In this document: piece by piece, positions 21,955 through 31,560 of the stretch
Layout of the letters: each line of letters begins with the position of its first letter
Position numbering within the stretch: the stretch's first letter is position 1
Notes under the pieces: model-generated
What the model saw: the letters and a program-made list of their open reading frames with translations, nothing else
Database searches by the model: none
Told to the model about the DNA's origin: nothing
Made by a program: the position numbers and the translations under genes
NCBI GenBank assembly: GCA_041484665.1
Contig: JBGPIA010000006.1
Span: 161,468 to 225,467 of the forward strand
DNA: 64,000 bases
Source: Candidatus Krumholzibacteriia bacterium
GTDB taxonomy: Bacteria > Krumholzibacteriota > Krumholzibacteriia > JAJRXK01
Reading direction: 5' to 3'

Positions 21955-22659
21955 CGAGGACTTGGACGACTCCGCCGGGCTTGGACCCGGGCACGGGAAC
22001 GGGCGGCAGGCGTGGACCTGGGCACGGACGACCGCCGCGGACGTGGACGACCTCCACTGTCTGGCGCGGGCCGAGCAGCGGCGCCGATCGCTCCGAGTGG
22101 CCCGCTGGCCGGTTCGCTCACGTCCGGGTCCGCGCCCCGCTCGATCCGCAGGACGGGAATTTGCGATCCGCCTGTATCAGGCACCCTGCGTTCCTCCTCC
22201 TTTCCTGTACCTCCGCGCCCGGCGATCCGGCCAATGCCGTGTGGGCCCTGGGCCTCCGTGCGCTGACGCGCCTCCCGGACGGGATTTTCCCAGAGACCTC
22301 CCGATGCCGGGGTGGCCGCGATGTGGGATCCGGGACCGGCGCACGCGGCCGGTATCGCTGATCGGGCCTGCCGACGCGCCCCTCGCGCTGGCGGCAGCCC
22401 CAGCGCAGGGCCCGCTCTTTCGCGCTGGACGCGGAGGCCCGGTTTGATGAACGTCGGCGGCAGGCCTGACTCCTCGAGCAGGCTTCAAGGGGACCGGCTG
22501 CCGACGGCGTCGCGGTGTGGGGCGGCGGGTCGGTCGCCCGTGGCTGGCGGCGTGGACGTGACGTGCTCCCGCAAGGGAGCACGGTACCGAAGCGCTTGAG
22601 GAGGGAGGCCGTGCGCGGCGCGTCCCCTTCCGCCCCGACACCGCGTCCGGAGGCATCGC

Positions 22660-23271
22660 TTGGCCGAGGAAGGCCGTGGGAGCGGCGCGCAGGCGAGCCG
22701 CTCCGACCGCACCGCCCCGGACTCCGAGGGCGCACCCTCGGACGACGCCTCTCTGCTGCTGCGGTGCCAGCAGGGCGACGAGCGCGCTTGGAATGTCCTG
22801 GTCGACCGCTATGAGCGTCTCGTCTACTCGGTGGCGCTGCGGACCGGGCTGGACCGGGAGGTCGCCGTCGACGTGTTCCAGCAGGTCTGGCTCGAGCTGT
22901 ACCGTTCGATCGCGCGCATCCGCGATCCCAAGGCCCTTCCCCGCTGGCTGATCGTCTCTACGCGCCGATTGGCCTACAAGGTCGCAGTTCTGGGCAGCCG
23001 CACGGTGGACGGCGTGCTGGAGGAAATGGTCGACCCCGCGGCCCTCCCCGATGCGCACATCGAGGAGCTCAACCGCCGCCGCTGGCTGGAGGAGGGTTTG
23101 CGCCGCCTGGGCGATCCGTGCGCGCGCCTGCTGCGCCTGCTGTTCCTGGAGCCCAAGGAGCCCAGCTACCAGGAGATCGCCCAACGCACGGGCTTGGCCA
23201 TCGGGTCGATCGGACCCATCCGGGCGCGATGCCTGACGCGCTTACGCCGTGTGCTGGAGACCTCGCCATGA
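22660..23271 (+). CDS. ECF sigma factor
   Basis: GDERAWNVLVDRYERLVYSVA, DVFQQVW, ALPRWL and SYQEIAQRTGLAIGSIGPIRARCL; TTG start after GGAGG. Confidence 0.92.
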   Translation: MAEEGRGSGAQASRSDRTAPDSEGAPSDDASLLLRCQQGDERAWNVLVDRYERLVYSVALRTGLDREVAVDVFQQVWLELYRSIARIRDPKALPRWLIVSTRRLAYKVAVLGSRTVDGVLEEMVDPAALPDAHIEELNRRRWLEEGLRRLGDPCARLLRLLFLEPKEPSYQEIAQRTGLAIGSIGPIRARCLTRLRRVLETSP

Positions 23272-23906
23272 CTGCCAGGAGCCGCGGCAAGACCGCGAGA
23301 AGCCGCGGCGCGGGCGAGCCGCCGGTGCATCCCTCGCTCCTGGACTGGATGCAGTGGCTGCGTGGCCGCCTCGACGGCGCGCGCGCGGCGCAGCTGCAGG
23401 CGCACCTTCAAGAGTGCGCTCGCTGCACGAAGGACCGGGAGCTCCTGGCACCGTTTTATGGCGCCGTGCGGGTAGGGCCGCTGTCAGCTCCGCCGCGCCG
23501 CGCACGCGAGCGCGTGCGCCGGCTACCGGCACAGCGGCCCGCCCCGCCCGCTCCCGCCCGTCCCCACTCCGTGCGCTGGCCGGCGCGCGACGTGCGCGGC
23601 TTCGGACCCGCCTCCACCGGCGAATCGGCGATGGTGGCGCGCTCCTGTCCGGGCGCGGAGATCAGCGTCATGGCGACGCCGCCGCGCGGAGACGGCCGCT
23701 GGCGCATCGAGGGGCGCGTCTGGCTGCACCAGCCCGATGCCCGGGCGATCGGCGTGGTGCTCGCCCACGACGACCACGTGCTGGCCACCGCCGAGTTGCG
23801 CGACGGTGGCCAATTCGCCCTCGAGGAAATCGTGAGCACGGGCTGGACACTGGAGTTCCACCTGCCCGCCGGCGGCACCCTCGTGCTGAAGGACCCGTTC
23901 GCATGA
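23268..23906 (+). CDS. Soluble zinc-finger (ZAS, HxxxCxxC) anti-sigma-like protein
   Basis: HLQECARC motif, Pro/Arg linker, beta-rich C-terminal domain and no TM helix; ATGA overlaps at both ends. Confidence 0.78.
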   Translation: MTARSRGKTARSRGAGEPPVHPSLLDWMQWLRGRLDGARAAQLQAHLQECARCTKDRELLAPFYGAVRVGPLSAPPRRARERVRRLPAQRPAPPAPARPHSVRWPARDVRGFGPASTGESAMVARSCPGAEISVMATPPRGDGRWRIEGRVWLHQPDARAIGVVLAHDDHVLATAELRDGGQFALEEIVSTGWTLEFHLPAGGTLVLKDPFA

Positions 23907-26842
23907 GTGCACGCTCGCGCACCCGGACGACCCCGGCGGCACCACGCACGGATGCCGCGATCCGCCGGCTGCTGGAGCTGCCGGCCGATCCGTCACTGCT
24001 GGCGGGGTGGGCGCGCCGTGCCCGTGGGGCGCGCGGCACGCCTGCACGGCGCGCCTCGCAGGCAAAGCCCAGCGAGCATGTGCCCCGTGGTCCGCGCGGT
24101 CAGCGTGCCGGCCGGCTGGGATCCGCGCCCGCCCGCGACGACGCGCAGCTGCTGCAGGAGCTCTACGAACTGATCCACGAACACACGCGGGTGCACCCCG
24201 CCCACGCCCTCCAGGCCGCCGACCACGTGCGCCAGGCCCTGGGTCGCTCCCTGCGCCCGGCCGACCGCGCGCGCTGGACCCGCCTGCGGGGCCACGCGCT
24301 GCGCAACGTTGGCCGCGCCGAAGACGCCGCCACCCATTACGCGGCGGCCTGGAAGGCGTTCTCGGCGCTGGGTCTGCGCGACGAGCTGGGCCCGACCGCG
24401 ATCGGATGGGTGGACGCCCTGGCGCTCGCGGGCCGTCCCGACGAGGCCGCGCGGGTGGCCGCGCGGGGGCGTCGCACGCTGCCGGCCTCCGACCGTCTCG
24501 CCCATGCGCGCCTCTCGGCCAACCTCGGCAACGCCCACTACTGGGCCGGCCGGCTGGACGACGCAAACGAGCTGTACCGGGCCGCGCGCCGGCGCTTCCT
24601 CGCCGCACGGCGGCCCGCCGAGGCGGCGCTGTGCTCCTACAATCTCGCCAGCGCCTTGCTGCTGCAGGGCAAGGCGCGCGCGGCTCGCCCGCTGTTTGTG
24701 CAAGCCGAGGCCGCCCTGGGGAAGGCCGGCGCCCGCGTGCTGCAGTTGCAGGCTCGCTACGGACTGGCGTCGGTCGACCTCGTGGAAGGCCGCTGGGAGC
24801 AGGGCACGCGCGCGCTGGCTGCTCTCCAGCAGGAGCTCAGCCGCCGTGGAGACGAGCGCGCCTGCGCCGCGGTGCGCCGCGAGCTGGCGGGCCTGCTCGC
24901 GGCGCTGGGCGCCGTCGAGGCCGCCGAGCCGGCCGCGCGGGAGGCGCACGCCGCGTACGCTCGCCTGGGCCTGCGCGGCGAGCAGGCGCACGCCGCCTTC
25001 CTGCACGCCCGTCTGCTCACGATGCTGGACCGCCACCACGACGCGCAGGTGCGCCTGAACCAGGCCCAGGCGCACTGGAAGCGCACGCGCAATCCATGGG
25101 CGTTGCGCCTGACCGAGCTGGAGCTCGCGCGCACCTTGCTGCACCGCGGCCGGCCGCAGCATGCCTTGCGGCTGCTGCTGCGCGCGCAGGGGACCCTCGA
25201 CCGGCGCGACCGCGCCGGAGCCGGCGCACGTTGCCGAGCACTGACCGCGCAGGCCCTGCTCGCAGCGCGGCGACCCGCCCGGGCCGCGACCCTCGCGCAG
25301 GCGGCCTTCGCGCAGGCGCGCGCCTATCCAGCGAGCCTGGAGCGCCCCTGGTCGGCGTTGACCGCTGCGCAATCGCTGCAGCAGCAGGGGCACGACGACG
25401 CGGCGGTGCGCTGGGCCAAACGCGCGGTGCGCGCGTTGGAGCGACTCCACGACCGGCTCGGCAGCCGGGGCCTGCGCGCCAGCGTGGCGGGAAGCCGCGA
25501 TCGTCTCTACCGCGGCGCGGTCGAGGTCGTCCTGCGGCGCGGCGGGCCGCGCGCCGGTCGCGCCGCCCTGGACCTCATTGCCACCGCCCGCTCGGCCCAG
25601 CTCATCGAGGACCTGCTGCGCCGCGATCCTCGGCTGTTGCGCGGCGAGCTGCGCACGGCGATCGCGCGCCTGCGCGACGAGCTCCTCTCAGCGCGCGACC
25701 CCGGCGTGCACGACGTACGCTCGCGGGCGCTGCGCGGGCAGCTGGAGCAGCTCGAGAGCCGCCTGGCCGGCGGCCCGCAGGTTCCCCGCGGGCTCGTGCG
25801 CAAAGCTGCGGCCACGCGCACGGTGGAGCGGTGGGCTCCGCGGCTGGCCGGCCGCGAGCTCGTCCTGTACGACCGCACGCAGGACGGCTGGCGAGCGTTC
25901 CGCGTGCGCGACGACGACGGGGCCGGCACCCGGATGGCGCAGGTCGCGCACCGGACCGCAGTCGACTGGCTGCCGCTCCCCGATGGAGAGCGCGCCCTGC
26001 GCGAGGCGTGGCTGCCGCTGCGGATGCTGCTGGAGGCCGCCGCCCACGCGCCGCGCGCCCGCCGGCGCTCGCTGCTGGAGCGGACGGTGGACGAGGCAAC
26101 CGCAGCCGTGGGAGCGCTGCGCGAGGCGTTCTGGACTCCGTTGGGCCTGCAGCCGGGCAGCAACGTCGTTGTCGTGCCGTCGGGGATGCTGCACGGTGTC
26201 CCGTTGGAAGCGCTGCCAGAGCCCGCAGCGTCCCTGGAGCCGGTCGTCTCGCGCCTGCCGCACCCGGCAGTGTTGCGCGACGACCCCAGGCGACGGCGCA
26301 CCCTGGCCCTGCTGCTGCACGGGACCGACCCGGGTGGCCGGCGCGAGGTGGACGACGTCCGCACGGAACTGCAGCGTGCCGGCTGGCGGACGTGCGTCGG
26401 CGACCTGCGCGCGGATCTGCAGCGACAACGCGAGCCCGTGGGCGTGCTGCACGTCGCAGCCCACGGGAGCTTCCACCGCGAGCAGGCCATGTTGTCGGGG
26501 ATCCGGCTGGCCGACGGCTGGATCGGTTTCGAGCAGCTCGACCCCAAGGTCGTCGGTGGGTCCCTTCTCTATTTTGGAAGCTGCGAGTCGGGCCTGGCGC
26601 GCGAGGGGCCCGGCGCGGAGCTGGACGGATGGCTGGCCGCTGGGCTGGGGGCCGGGGCGCGCGAGCTGGTGCTGACCCTCTGGAAGCTCGACGACGAGGC
26701 GGCCCTGGCGTTCGCCCGCGAGTTCTACCCCCGCTGGTTGGGGGGTGTGCCCGCGCCACGAGCGGCGTCGGCCGCGCGCGCGGAACTCCGCCGGGTGCTT
26801 CCACATCCGTTTTCCTGGGCGCCCTTCGCGGTGCTCGGATGA
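23903..26842 (+). CDS. Cytoplasmic TPR + CHAT protease
   Basis: TPR-like helices (ANLGNAHYWAG, YNLASALLLQG); VVVPSGMLHGVP, LHVAAHG (His), FGSCESG (Cys), LTLWKLDD and HPFSWAPF. Confidence 0.9.
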   Translation: MSARSRTRTTPAAPRTDAAIRRLLELPADPSLLAGWARRARGARGTPARRASQAKPSEHVPRGPRGQRAGRLGSAPARDDAQLLQELYELIHEHTRVHPAHALQAADHVRQALGRSLRPADRARWTRLRGHALRNVGRAEDAATHYAAAWKAFSALGLRDELGPTAIGWVDALALAGRPDEAARVAARGRRTLPASDRLAHARLSANLGNAHYWAGRLDDANELYRAARRRFLAARRPAEAALCSYNLASALLLQGKARAARPLFVQAEAALGKAGARVLQLQARYGLASVDLVEGRWEQGTRALAALQQELSRRGDERACAAVRRELAGLLAALGAVEAAEPAAREAHAAYARLGLRGEQAHAAFLHARLLTMLDRHHDAQVRLNQAQAHWKRTRNPWALRLTELELARTLLHRGRPQHALRLLLRAQGTLDRRDRAGAGARCRALTAQALLAARRPARAATLAQAAFAQARAYPASLERPWSALTAAQSLQQQGHDDAAVRWAKRAVRALERLHDRLGSRGLRASVAGSRDRLYRGAVEVVLRRGGPRAGRAALDLIATARSAQLIEDLLRRDPRLLRGELRTAIARLRDELLSARDPGVHDVRSRALRGQLEQLESRLAGGPQVPRGLVRKAAATRTVERWAPRLAGRELVLYDRTQDGWRAFRVRDDDGAGTRMAQVAHRTAVDWLPLPDGERALREAWLPLRMLLEAAAHAPRARRRSLLERTVDEATAAVGALREAFWTPLGLQPGSNVVVVPSGMLHGVPLEALPEPAASLEPVVSRLPHPAVLRDDPRRRRTLALLLHGTDPGGRREVDDVRTELQRAGWRTCVGDLRADLQRQREPVGVLHVAAHGSFHREQAMLSGIRLADGWIGFEQLDPKVVGGSLLYFGSCESGLAREGPGAELDGWLAAGLGAGARELVLTLWKLDDEAALAFAREFYPRWLGGVPAPRAASAARAELRRVLPHPFSWAPFAVLG

Positions 26843-27123
26843 GCGGGAGCGCAGCCGGTGAGCGGTGGACCAATGCAGGTCGGTCGTGGGTGCCCGAACC
26901 GGAACGGCCGGCTTGGGCAGTCCAGGCCGGCCGCTGCGCGACCCGCAGGGCAGGCACGCGTCCGACGGCAGAGCTAGGGCGGGGTCTGTGCCGCGGGGGT
27001 CGTGCCATGCTAGACTTGCGATCGAACCCTCCACGCCCCCACCGGCGCGATACCGCTCCGGCACTGGATCTCGTGCACCGTCCGGGTTTTGGCGTCCCTC
27101 CTCCCGGGAGCAGGTCGATCGTT

Positions 27124-28431
27124 ATGAGGAAGCCTCGAGCATTTGCCGCGATTCCCCTCCTCCGTGCGGGCGGATTGGGCGTGCTGCTTCTGCACGCCGG
27201 GTGCGCGCGCGACCCGGGCGCGAACGACGGAAACTCTCCAGTCGGACCCGCACTCGCAGGGGCACCGTCGGGCGCTCACTCGCAGAGTGCGCTCGCGGTG
27301 GTCGGCCAATGGTGCACGTGGCTGAACGCAGGGGTTGATCCCAACGACCTGGCCGTGGAGTACGGGCTGCAGGTCACCAAGGTCTTCCCGGACGCGGACA
27401 TGGCGGTCCTGGTCGGCACGGTGGATCGGGCGGTGCTGGCGGCCGACCCGCGCGTGAAGTTGCTGCAGGCCAATGAGCTGACGTTCCTGAGCCAGCCTGT
27501 GGACCTCACGATGGGCTTCAACCAGGGAGACCTCGACGAGGCGACCACAGCGACCCAGCCCGCGCTCGCCTCCCTGGATCTGTCCACGACGCACCGGTGG
27601 GTCACCGGCCGCGGCGTGCGCGTCGCGGTGCTCGACACTGGCGTCGACCCGACGCATCCCCACCTGGCGAGTCGCGTCGAGATGCCCCCAGCCGGCTCGC
27701 CCCTCTGCGGGTTGGAGACCGCCAACGGCGTCGACGACGACTTAGACGGGCGCGTCGACGAGGCCTACGGCCACGGCACCCACGTGGCCGGCATCATCGC
27801 CACCGTGGCTCCCAACGCGACCATCCTGCCGATCAAGGTCCTCAACGACGACGGAGTCGGCGACGTGTTCGACCTCGCCGAGGGACTCTACCTGGCCTAC
27901 GAGCGCGGCGCGAACGTCGTGAACCTCAGCCTGGTGCTCACCGGCGAGTCCGTGGGGATCGAGTACGCGATCCGATTGCTGAAGTACTGGGGCATCGTGG
28001 TTGTGGGCGCGGCGGGCAACGTGCCCGGTGCGCCGTTCTTCCCTGCTTCGGATCCCGATGTCATGTCGGTCGCAGCCACCGGCCCAGGGGATGTGCTGGC
28101 CCCCTTCTCCGCATCGGGCGCCGTGCGGGTGGCCGCTCCCGGAGTGGCCGTCGAGAGCTCGTTCCCCGGCAACCGCAAGGCTGTGGGAACCGGGACGTCC
28201 ATGGCGTGCGCCGTGGTCTCCGGCTGCGTCGCCCTGCTCGCGGAACACGCGAACGTGGACGGCCAGCCACGACCGGTGGCGGGCGCGGTTCTGTTGAGAC
28301 GATTCGCCGTGCCGATGTTGCCGTTGGGCACCGTCGACGACGGCCGCGTCGCTCCGCTGCAGGCCCTTGGATTCATGGGCTGGCCACTGCCGCGGGGAGG
28401 CATCGCCGTGCCCACCGGCGACGGCGGCTGA
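27124..28431 (+). CDS. S8 subtilisin-like serine protease, probable lipoprotein
   Basis: Triad motifs VAVLDTG, HGTHVAG and GTSMA; oxyanion AAGN; signal peptide ending LLLHAGC. Confidence 0.92.
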   Translation: MRKPRAFAAIPLLRAGGLGVLLLHAGCARDPGANDGNSPVGPALAGAPSGAHSQSALAVVGQWCTWLNAGVDPNDLAVEYGLQVTKVFPDADMAVLVGTVDRAVLAADPRVKLLQANELTFLSQPVDLTMGFNQGDLDEATTATQPALASLDLSTTHRWVTGRGVRVAVLDTGVDPTHPHLASRVEMPPAGSPLCGLETANGVDDDLDGRVDEAYGHGTHVAGIIATVAPNATILPIKVLNDDGVGDVFDLAEGLYLAYERGANVVNLSLVLTGESVGIEYAIRLLKYWGIVVVGAAGNVPGAPFFPASDPDVMSVAATGPGDVLAPFSASGAVRVAAPGVAVESSFPGNRKAVGTGTSMACAVVSGCVALLAEHANVDGQPRPVAGAVLLRRFAVPMLPLGTVDDGRVAPLQALGFMGWPLPRGGIAVPTGDGG

Positions 28432-28450
28432 GGCGTCTGCCGCCCCGGCG

Positions 28451-29701
28451 TCAGGCCGACTCCGGCTCCGCGAGCCAGTAGACGCGGTGCAGCACCAGCC
28501 GCGCCGACAACGCGGCAAGCGTAGGGCTGAGTTGTGTTACGTCAACGAGCTCCCCCGCGTGGGATCGCACACGCAGGCCCTTGCGGCCCTCCAGCGGGGA
28601 ATACGGCCGGTAAGGCACGTCCTCCGCCTCGTCCCGCCATACCGCGAACGCCGGGTCCAGACCCCGCGCGGCGGCCTCGCGCTGGCGCTGTGCCAGCAGT
28701 TGCGCCACCTCGGCGACGTCGCCCGTGCTCGTGGAGCAGCACAAGGGTCGCCGCCACACCAGCGCACGCGCCAGCGTCCGCACGGTCGCATCCGCATGGC
28801 CCACCAACCCCCGCAGCTCGGCCAGGTAGGCAATGTCGGTGAGCTGGAGGAACTCCGCGAGCGGCAGGTCCGCCGCGAACAGCCGGGCGTCGGCAGCGCC
28901 GGTCCCACCACCCAGGCGGGGGCCCTGCAGCGCTCGCATCCGCAGGCAGAGCTGCCGGAAGGCGGTCTCGAACCCGCGTGACGTCTTGTGCAGGTAGACG
29001 TTCTGGAACATGTGGTAGCGGCCGATCAGGTATTGCTCGGCGGCGCTGCGCCCCTTCTCCACGAGGACGATCGCCGTGCGGTCCTCGGTCGGAACGATCT
29101 CGCGGATGATCCAGTCGCGGTCGAAGGCCCCGTAGCTCGCGCCAGTGAACAGGGCGTCGCGCCGCAGGTAGTCCATGCGGTCGCAGTCCAGGGCGCTGCT
29201 GACCAGGTCGGCCAGGAACGCCACTTCGCGATCCTCGACGTTGCCGCGCAACAGCTGAAGCACGCGGGCCTGGGTGCCGACTCCGATGGCCTCCAGCGCT
29301 TGGGGGACGCGCGGGCCGCTCTCGACGATCTGCAGGGTGCGGGCCTCGTGACTCGTGCCACTCACGGCCTCGTAGGCGTGGCTGAACGGCCCGTGGCCCA
29401 CGTCGTGGAGCAGGCAGGCCAGCGTGGTCGCCACGAACCACTCGTCGGGAATGCGCGCGCCGGCGGCTTGCAGCTGGAGAATCGTCCGCTGCGCTCCTTG
29501 GTAGGCGCCCAGGGAGTGGCCGAAGCGCGAATGGGTCGCCCCGGGGTAGACCATCTCGGTGAATCCGAGCTGGCGGACGTGGCGCAGCCGCTGGAGTTCT
29601 GGACTGTCGATGAGCGCGCGGACCTTGTCAGCCGGCACGCCGGGAAGGCGGTCCAGCTCGATCACGCCCTCCACGGGGCACTTGATCTTGGTGGTGGGCA
29701 T
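28451..29701 (-). CDS. HD-domain phosphohydrolase (dNTP triphosphohydrolase-like)
   Basis: LQRLRHVRQLG, YPGATHSRFGHSLG, LLHDVGHGPFSH, LDCDRMDYLRRD and VYLHKT. Confidence 0.92.
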   Translation of the reverse strand: MPTTKIKCPVEGVIELDRLPGVPADKVRALIDSPELQRLRHVRQLGFTEMVYPGATHSRFGHSLGAYQGAQRTILQLQAAGARIPDEWFVATTLACLLHDVGHGPFSHAYEAVSGTSHEARTLQIVESGPRVPQALEAIGVGTQARVLQLLRGNVEDREVAFLADLVSSALDCDRMDYLRRDALFTGASYGAFDRDWIIREIVPTEDRTAIVLVEKGRSAAEQYLIGRYHMFQNVYLHKTSRGFETAFRQLCLRMRALQGPRLGGGTGAADARLFAADLPLAEFLQLTDIAYLAELRGLVGHADATVRTLARALVWRRPLCCSTSTGDVAEVAQLLAQRQREAAARGLDPAFAVWRDEAEDVPYRPYSPLEGRKGLRVRSHAGELVDVTQLSPTLAALSARLVLHRVYWLAEPESA

Positions 29702-29815
29702 GAGGGCTCCTGTGGAGGGAGGCCGATCCGGCGCGGAGGGCGGCCCCCGAGGCTACCGCGTGTGAGCGGCAACGCGCTACTGTCCTTGCGGTCCGGCAGT
29801 CCAAGAGGTCCTGAT

Positions 29816-30868
29816 GTGAAGCTCTGCGCCTGCGCCACAGGTGGACCACGCCCGCTGCACTTCGATTCCGTACGGCGAGTTGCCGGCGCGCAACGCGGTG
29901 GCGTGCTCGATGCACGCCCCGCGGTCCTCGCCCAACGCGGGCACCTGCCCGGCTCGGCCTGGCTGCCCGTGGCCGATCCCTCCGACCCCGGGCGCGATCT
30001 GCCCTCCACCCTGCTCCCCCCGCGCGGCGAACCCATCGCCGTGATCGCCGCCGACCCCGATACCGCCCGCGCGATCGCGGCCCACCTCTGCGCGCGGGGC
30101 TACGAGGCCGGCTATCTGGACGGACCGTTGCCCGCCACGGCGCTGAAGCCAGGGCTGTCCGGTGGGGCGCTCTGGCGGGCGGATGCCTGGCTGCGCCGGA
30201 GCGCCGATCTGCTCCCACCCCCGGGGGCCGGGCCGATCGCCGACCTGGGAGGCGGGAGCGGACGCAACTCGGTTTGGCTCGCCCGGCGGGGCTACCGGGC
30301 GTTAGTGGTGGACCGCCTGCCCGACGCCCTCGACCTGGCGCGGGACCGGGCGAGCCGCCATCGCGTCACGATCGAGACCTTTCGCGCTGACCTGCGCCGG
30401 CCCGGGGCGTTGCGCGGCCGCGGCCCATTCGCAGCCGCACTGTTGATCCGATTTCTGTTGCCACAGGTGCTCGATGAGCTGCCGGAGCTGCTTCTGCCGG
30501 ACGGCATCGTCATACTGCGTTGTTTCCATGTTCCGGACCCAGGGGCGTCGGCGATGGCCCCGGGAATCGCACCCGCGACTGAGCTTGGCCGTGCTCCCGG
30601 TGCTGCCACCCGCAGTGCTCCCACTGCTGCCACCCGCAGCGCTGCCGGTCCTGCTCCTCGTGCTGCTCGCAGTACGGCGCCTGGTGCACTGCCCGGCCAC
30701 GTGCCCGCCGGTGCCCTCCCCCGCCCGCCCCGAACGCGACACGGCCTCCCGGTGCCCGACTTGCTCGTGCGCTTCAACCGGCCCCGATGGGAGCTGCTGC
30801 TCCCTCCCACCGCGGGGGTGGAAGGCGGCCACCGGCTGGTGGGCCTGGTGGCCCGGCTGCGCGGCTGA
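29816..30868 (+). CDS. Rhodanese-like + class I SAM methyltransferase (TehB-like) fusion
   Basis: VLDAR...GHLPGS rhodanese-like start; ADLGGGSGRNSVWLARRGY is methyltransferase motif I. GTG start inferred. Confidence 0.72.
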   Translation: MKLCACATGGPRPLHFDSVRRVAGAQRGGVLDARPAVLAQRGHLPGSAWLPVADPSDPGRDLPSTLLPPRGEPIAVIAADPDTARAIAAHLCARGYEAGYLDGPLPATALKPGLSGGALWRADAWLRRSADLLPPPGAGPIADLGGGSGRNSVWLARRGYRALVVDRLPDALDLARDRASRHRVTIETFRADLRRPGALRGRGPFAAALLIRFLLPQVLDELPELLLPDGIVILRCFHVPDPGASAMAPGIAPATELGRAPGAATRSAPTAATRSAAGPAPRAARSTAPGALPGHVPAGALPRPPRTRHGLPVPDLLVRFNRPRWELLLPPTAGVEGGHRLVGLVARLRG

Positions 30869-30997
30869 CCGACAGCTTGGGGCGGCGCGCGCGGCGCGCA
30901 ACGGGCGTCCGGCATCCTCGCGACGCGCTCGCGGTACCTCCGCCACGCTCCAGCGGCGCTCGCTTCCCGGATTTTTCTTGCGGGCCGCGCTGCGCTC

Positions 30998-31025
30998 TTG
31001 CATCGCATCGCGCGCTTGATATCAT
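30998..31025 (+). promoter_or_regulatory. Putative sigma70 promoter about 535 bp upstream of kamA
   Basis: TTGCAT (30998-31003), 16-bp spacer, TATCAT (31020-31025). Confidence 0.45.
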
Positions 31026-31040
31026 GTGCCGCGACGCTCT

Positions 31041-31540
31041 GGGTGGCGAGGCAACGACGTCTTGCCACGGTATGCGGAGCGACCCCTCAGCGTGCCCCGC
31101 CCATCGATGCCGCGTGAGGGGAAGGAGGAGTGAGCAGCCCGTCTTCGCCACCCCCGGGCCCGCACGTGCAACGCGTCGCTGGCCACTCGGGTAGCAGACC
31201 GTTCCCAACTTGCCTCCTGATTTCAACGTGCTGACGCGGACAAGTGGTCATTTGCATCCACTGCGCGCAGCGGGCCGCGTGCAGCACGGGGGAACGGACT
31301 GAGAAGGCCGGGCACAGGGACTCTCGACGAGCGCTCGTAGCCCAAGCAGTTCCGGGTTGCGCTCATGGGAGTAACCGCCGTCTGACCGAGCCCCACGTAC
31401 CTCGGCTAGCCCCTGCGGCCCAACGCAACGCCGAAAACCGAATCCGTCCCACTGCACTCACGCAGTCGGCCAGCCACCGAGCGCCTTCGGTTTCCCCGTG
31501 GGCGTTGCGGCGGTGGCCAGGGATTCCAGACATCGACCGA
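31041..31540 (+). ncRNA. Candidate structured leader RNA (no known family recognised)
   Basis: Nested complementary pairs 31041-50/31144-53, 31083-89/31115-21, 31195-206/31290-301 and 31227-39/31275-88; no convincing ORF. Confidence 0.35.
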
Positions 31541-31560
31541 CCCAGGAGGCCAAGGAGGTC

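Noticed and set aside
24007..27123. 1474-aa ORF appearing to give the subtilase a huge N-terminal extension
   Set aside because: The extension is an Arg/Ala/Gly-rich shadow frame over the CHAT gene; the signal peptide starts at 27124.
28451..29701. HD hydrolase as a dNTP-depleting defence effector of the CHAT module
   Set aside because: It is on the opposite strand and belongs to a widespread housekeeping-like family; nothing in the sequence links it to the module.
31041..31540. Leader as a lysine riboswitch, RNase P RNA or tmRNA
   Set aside because: I could not find the hallmark conserved sequences of these families by eye; it is kept only as an unassigned candidate.
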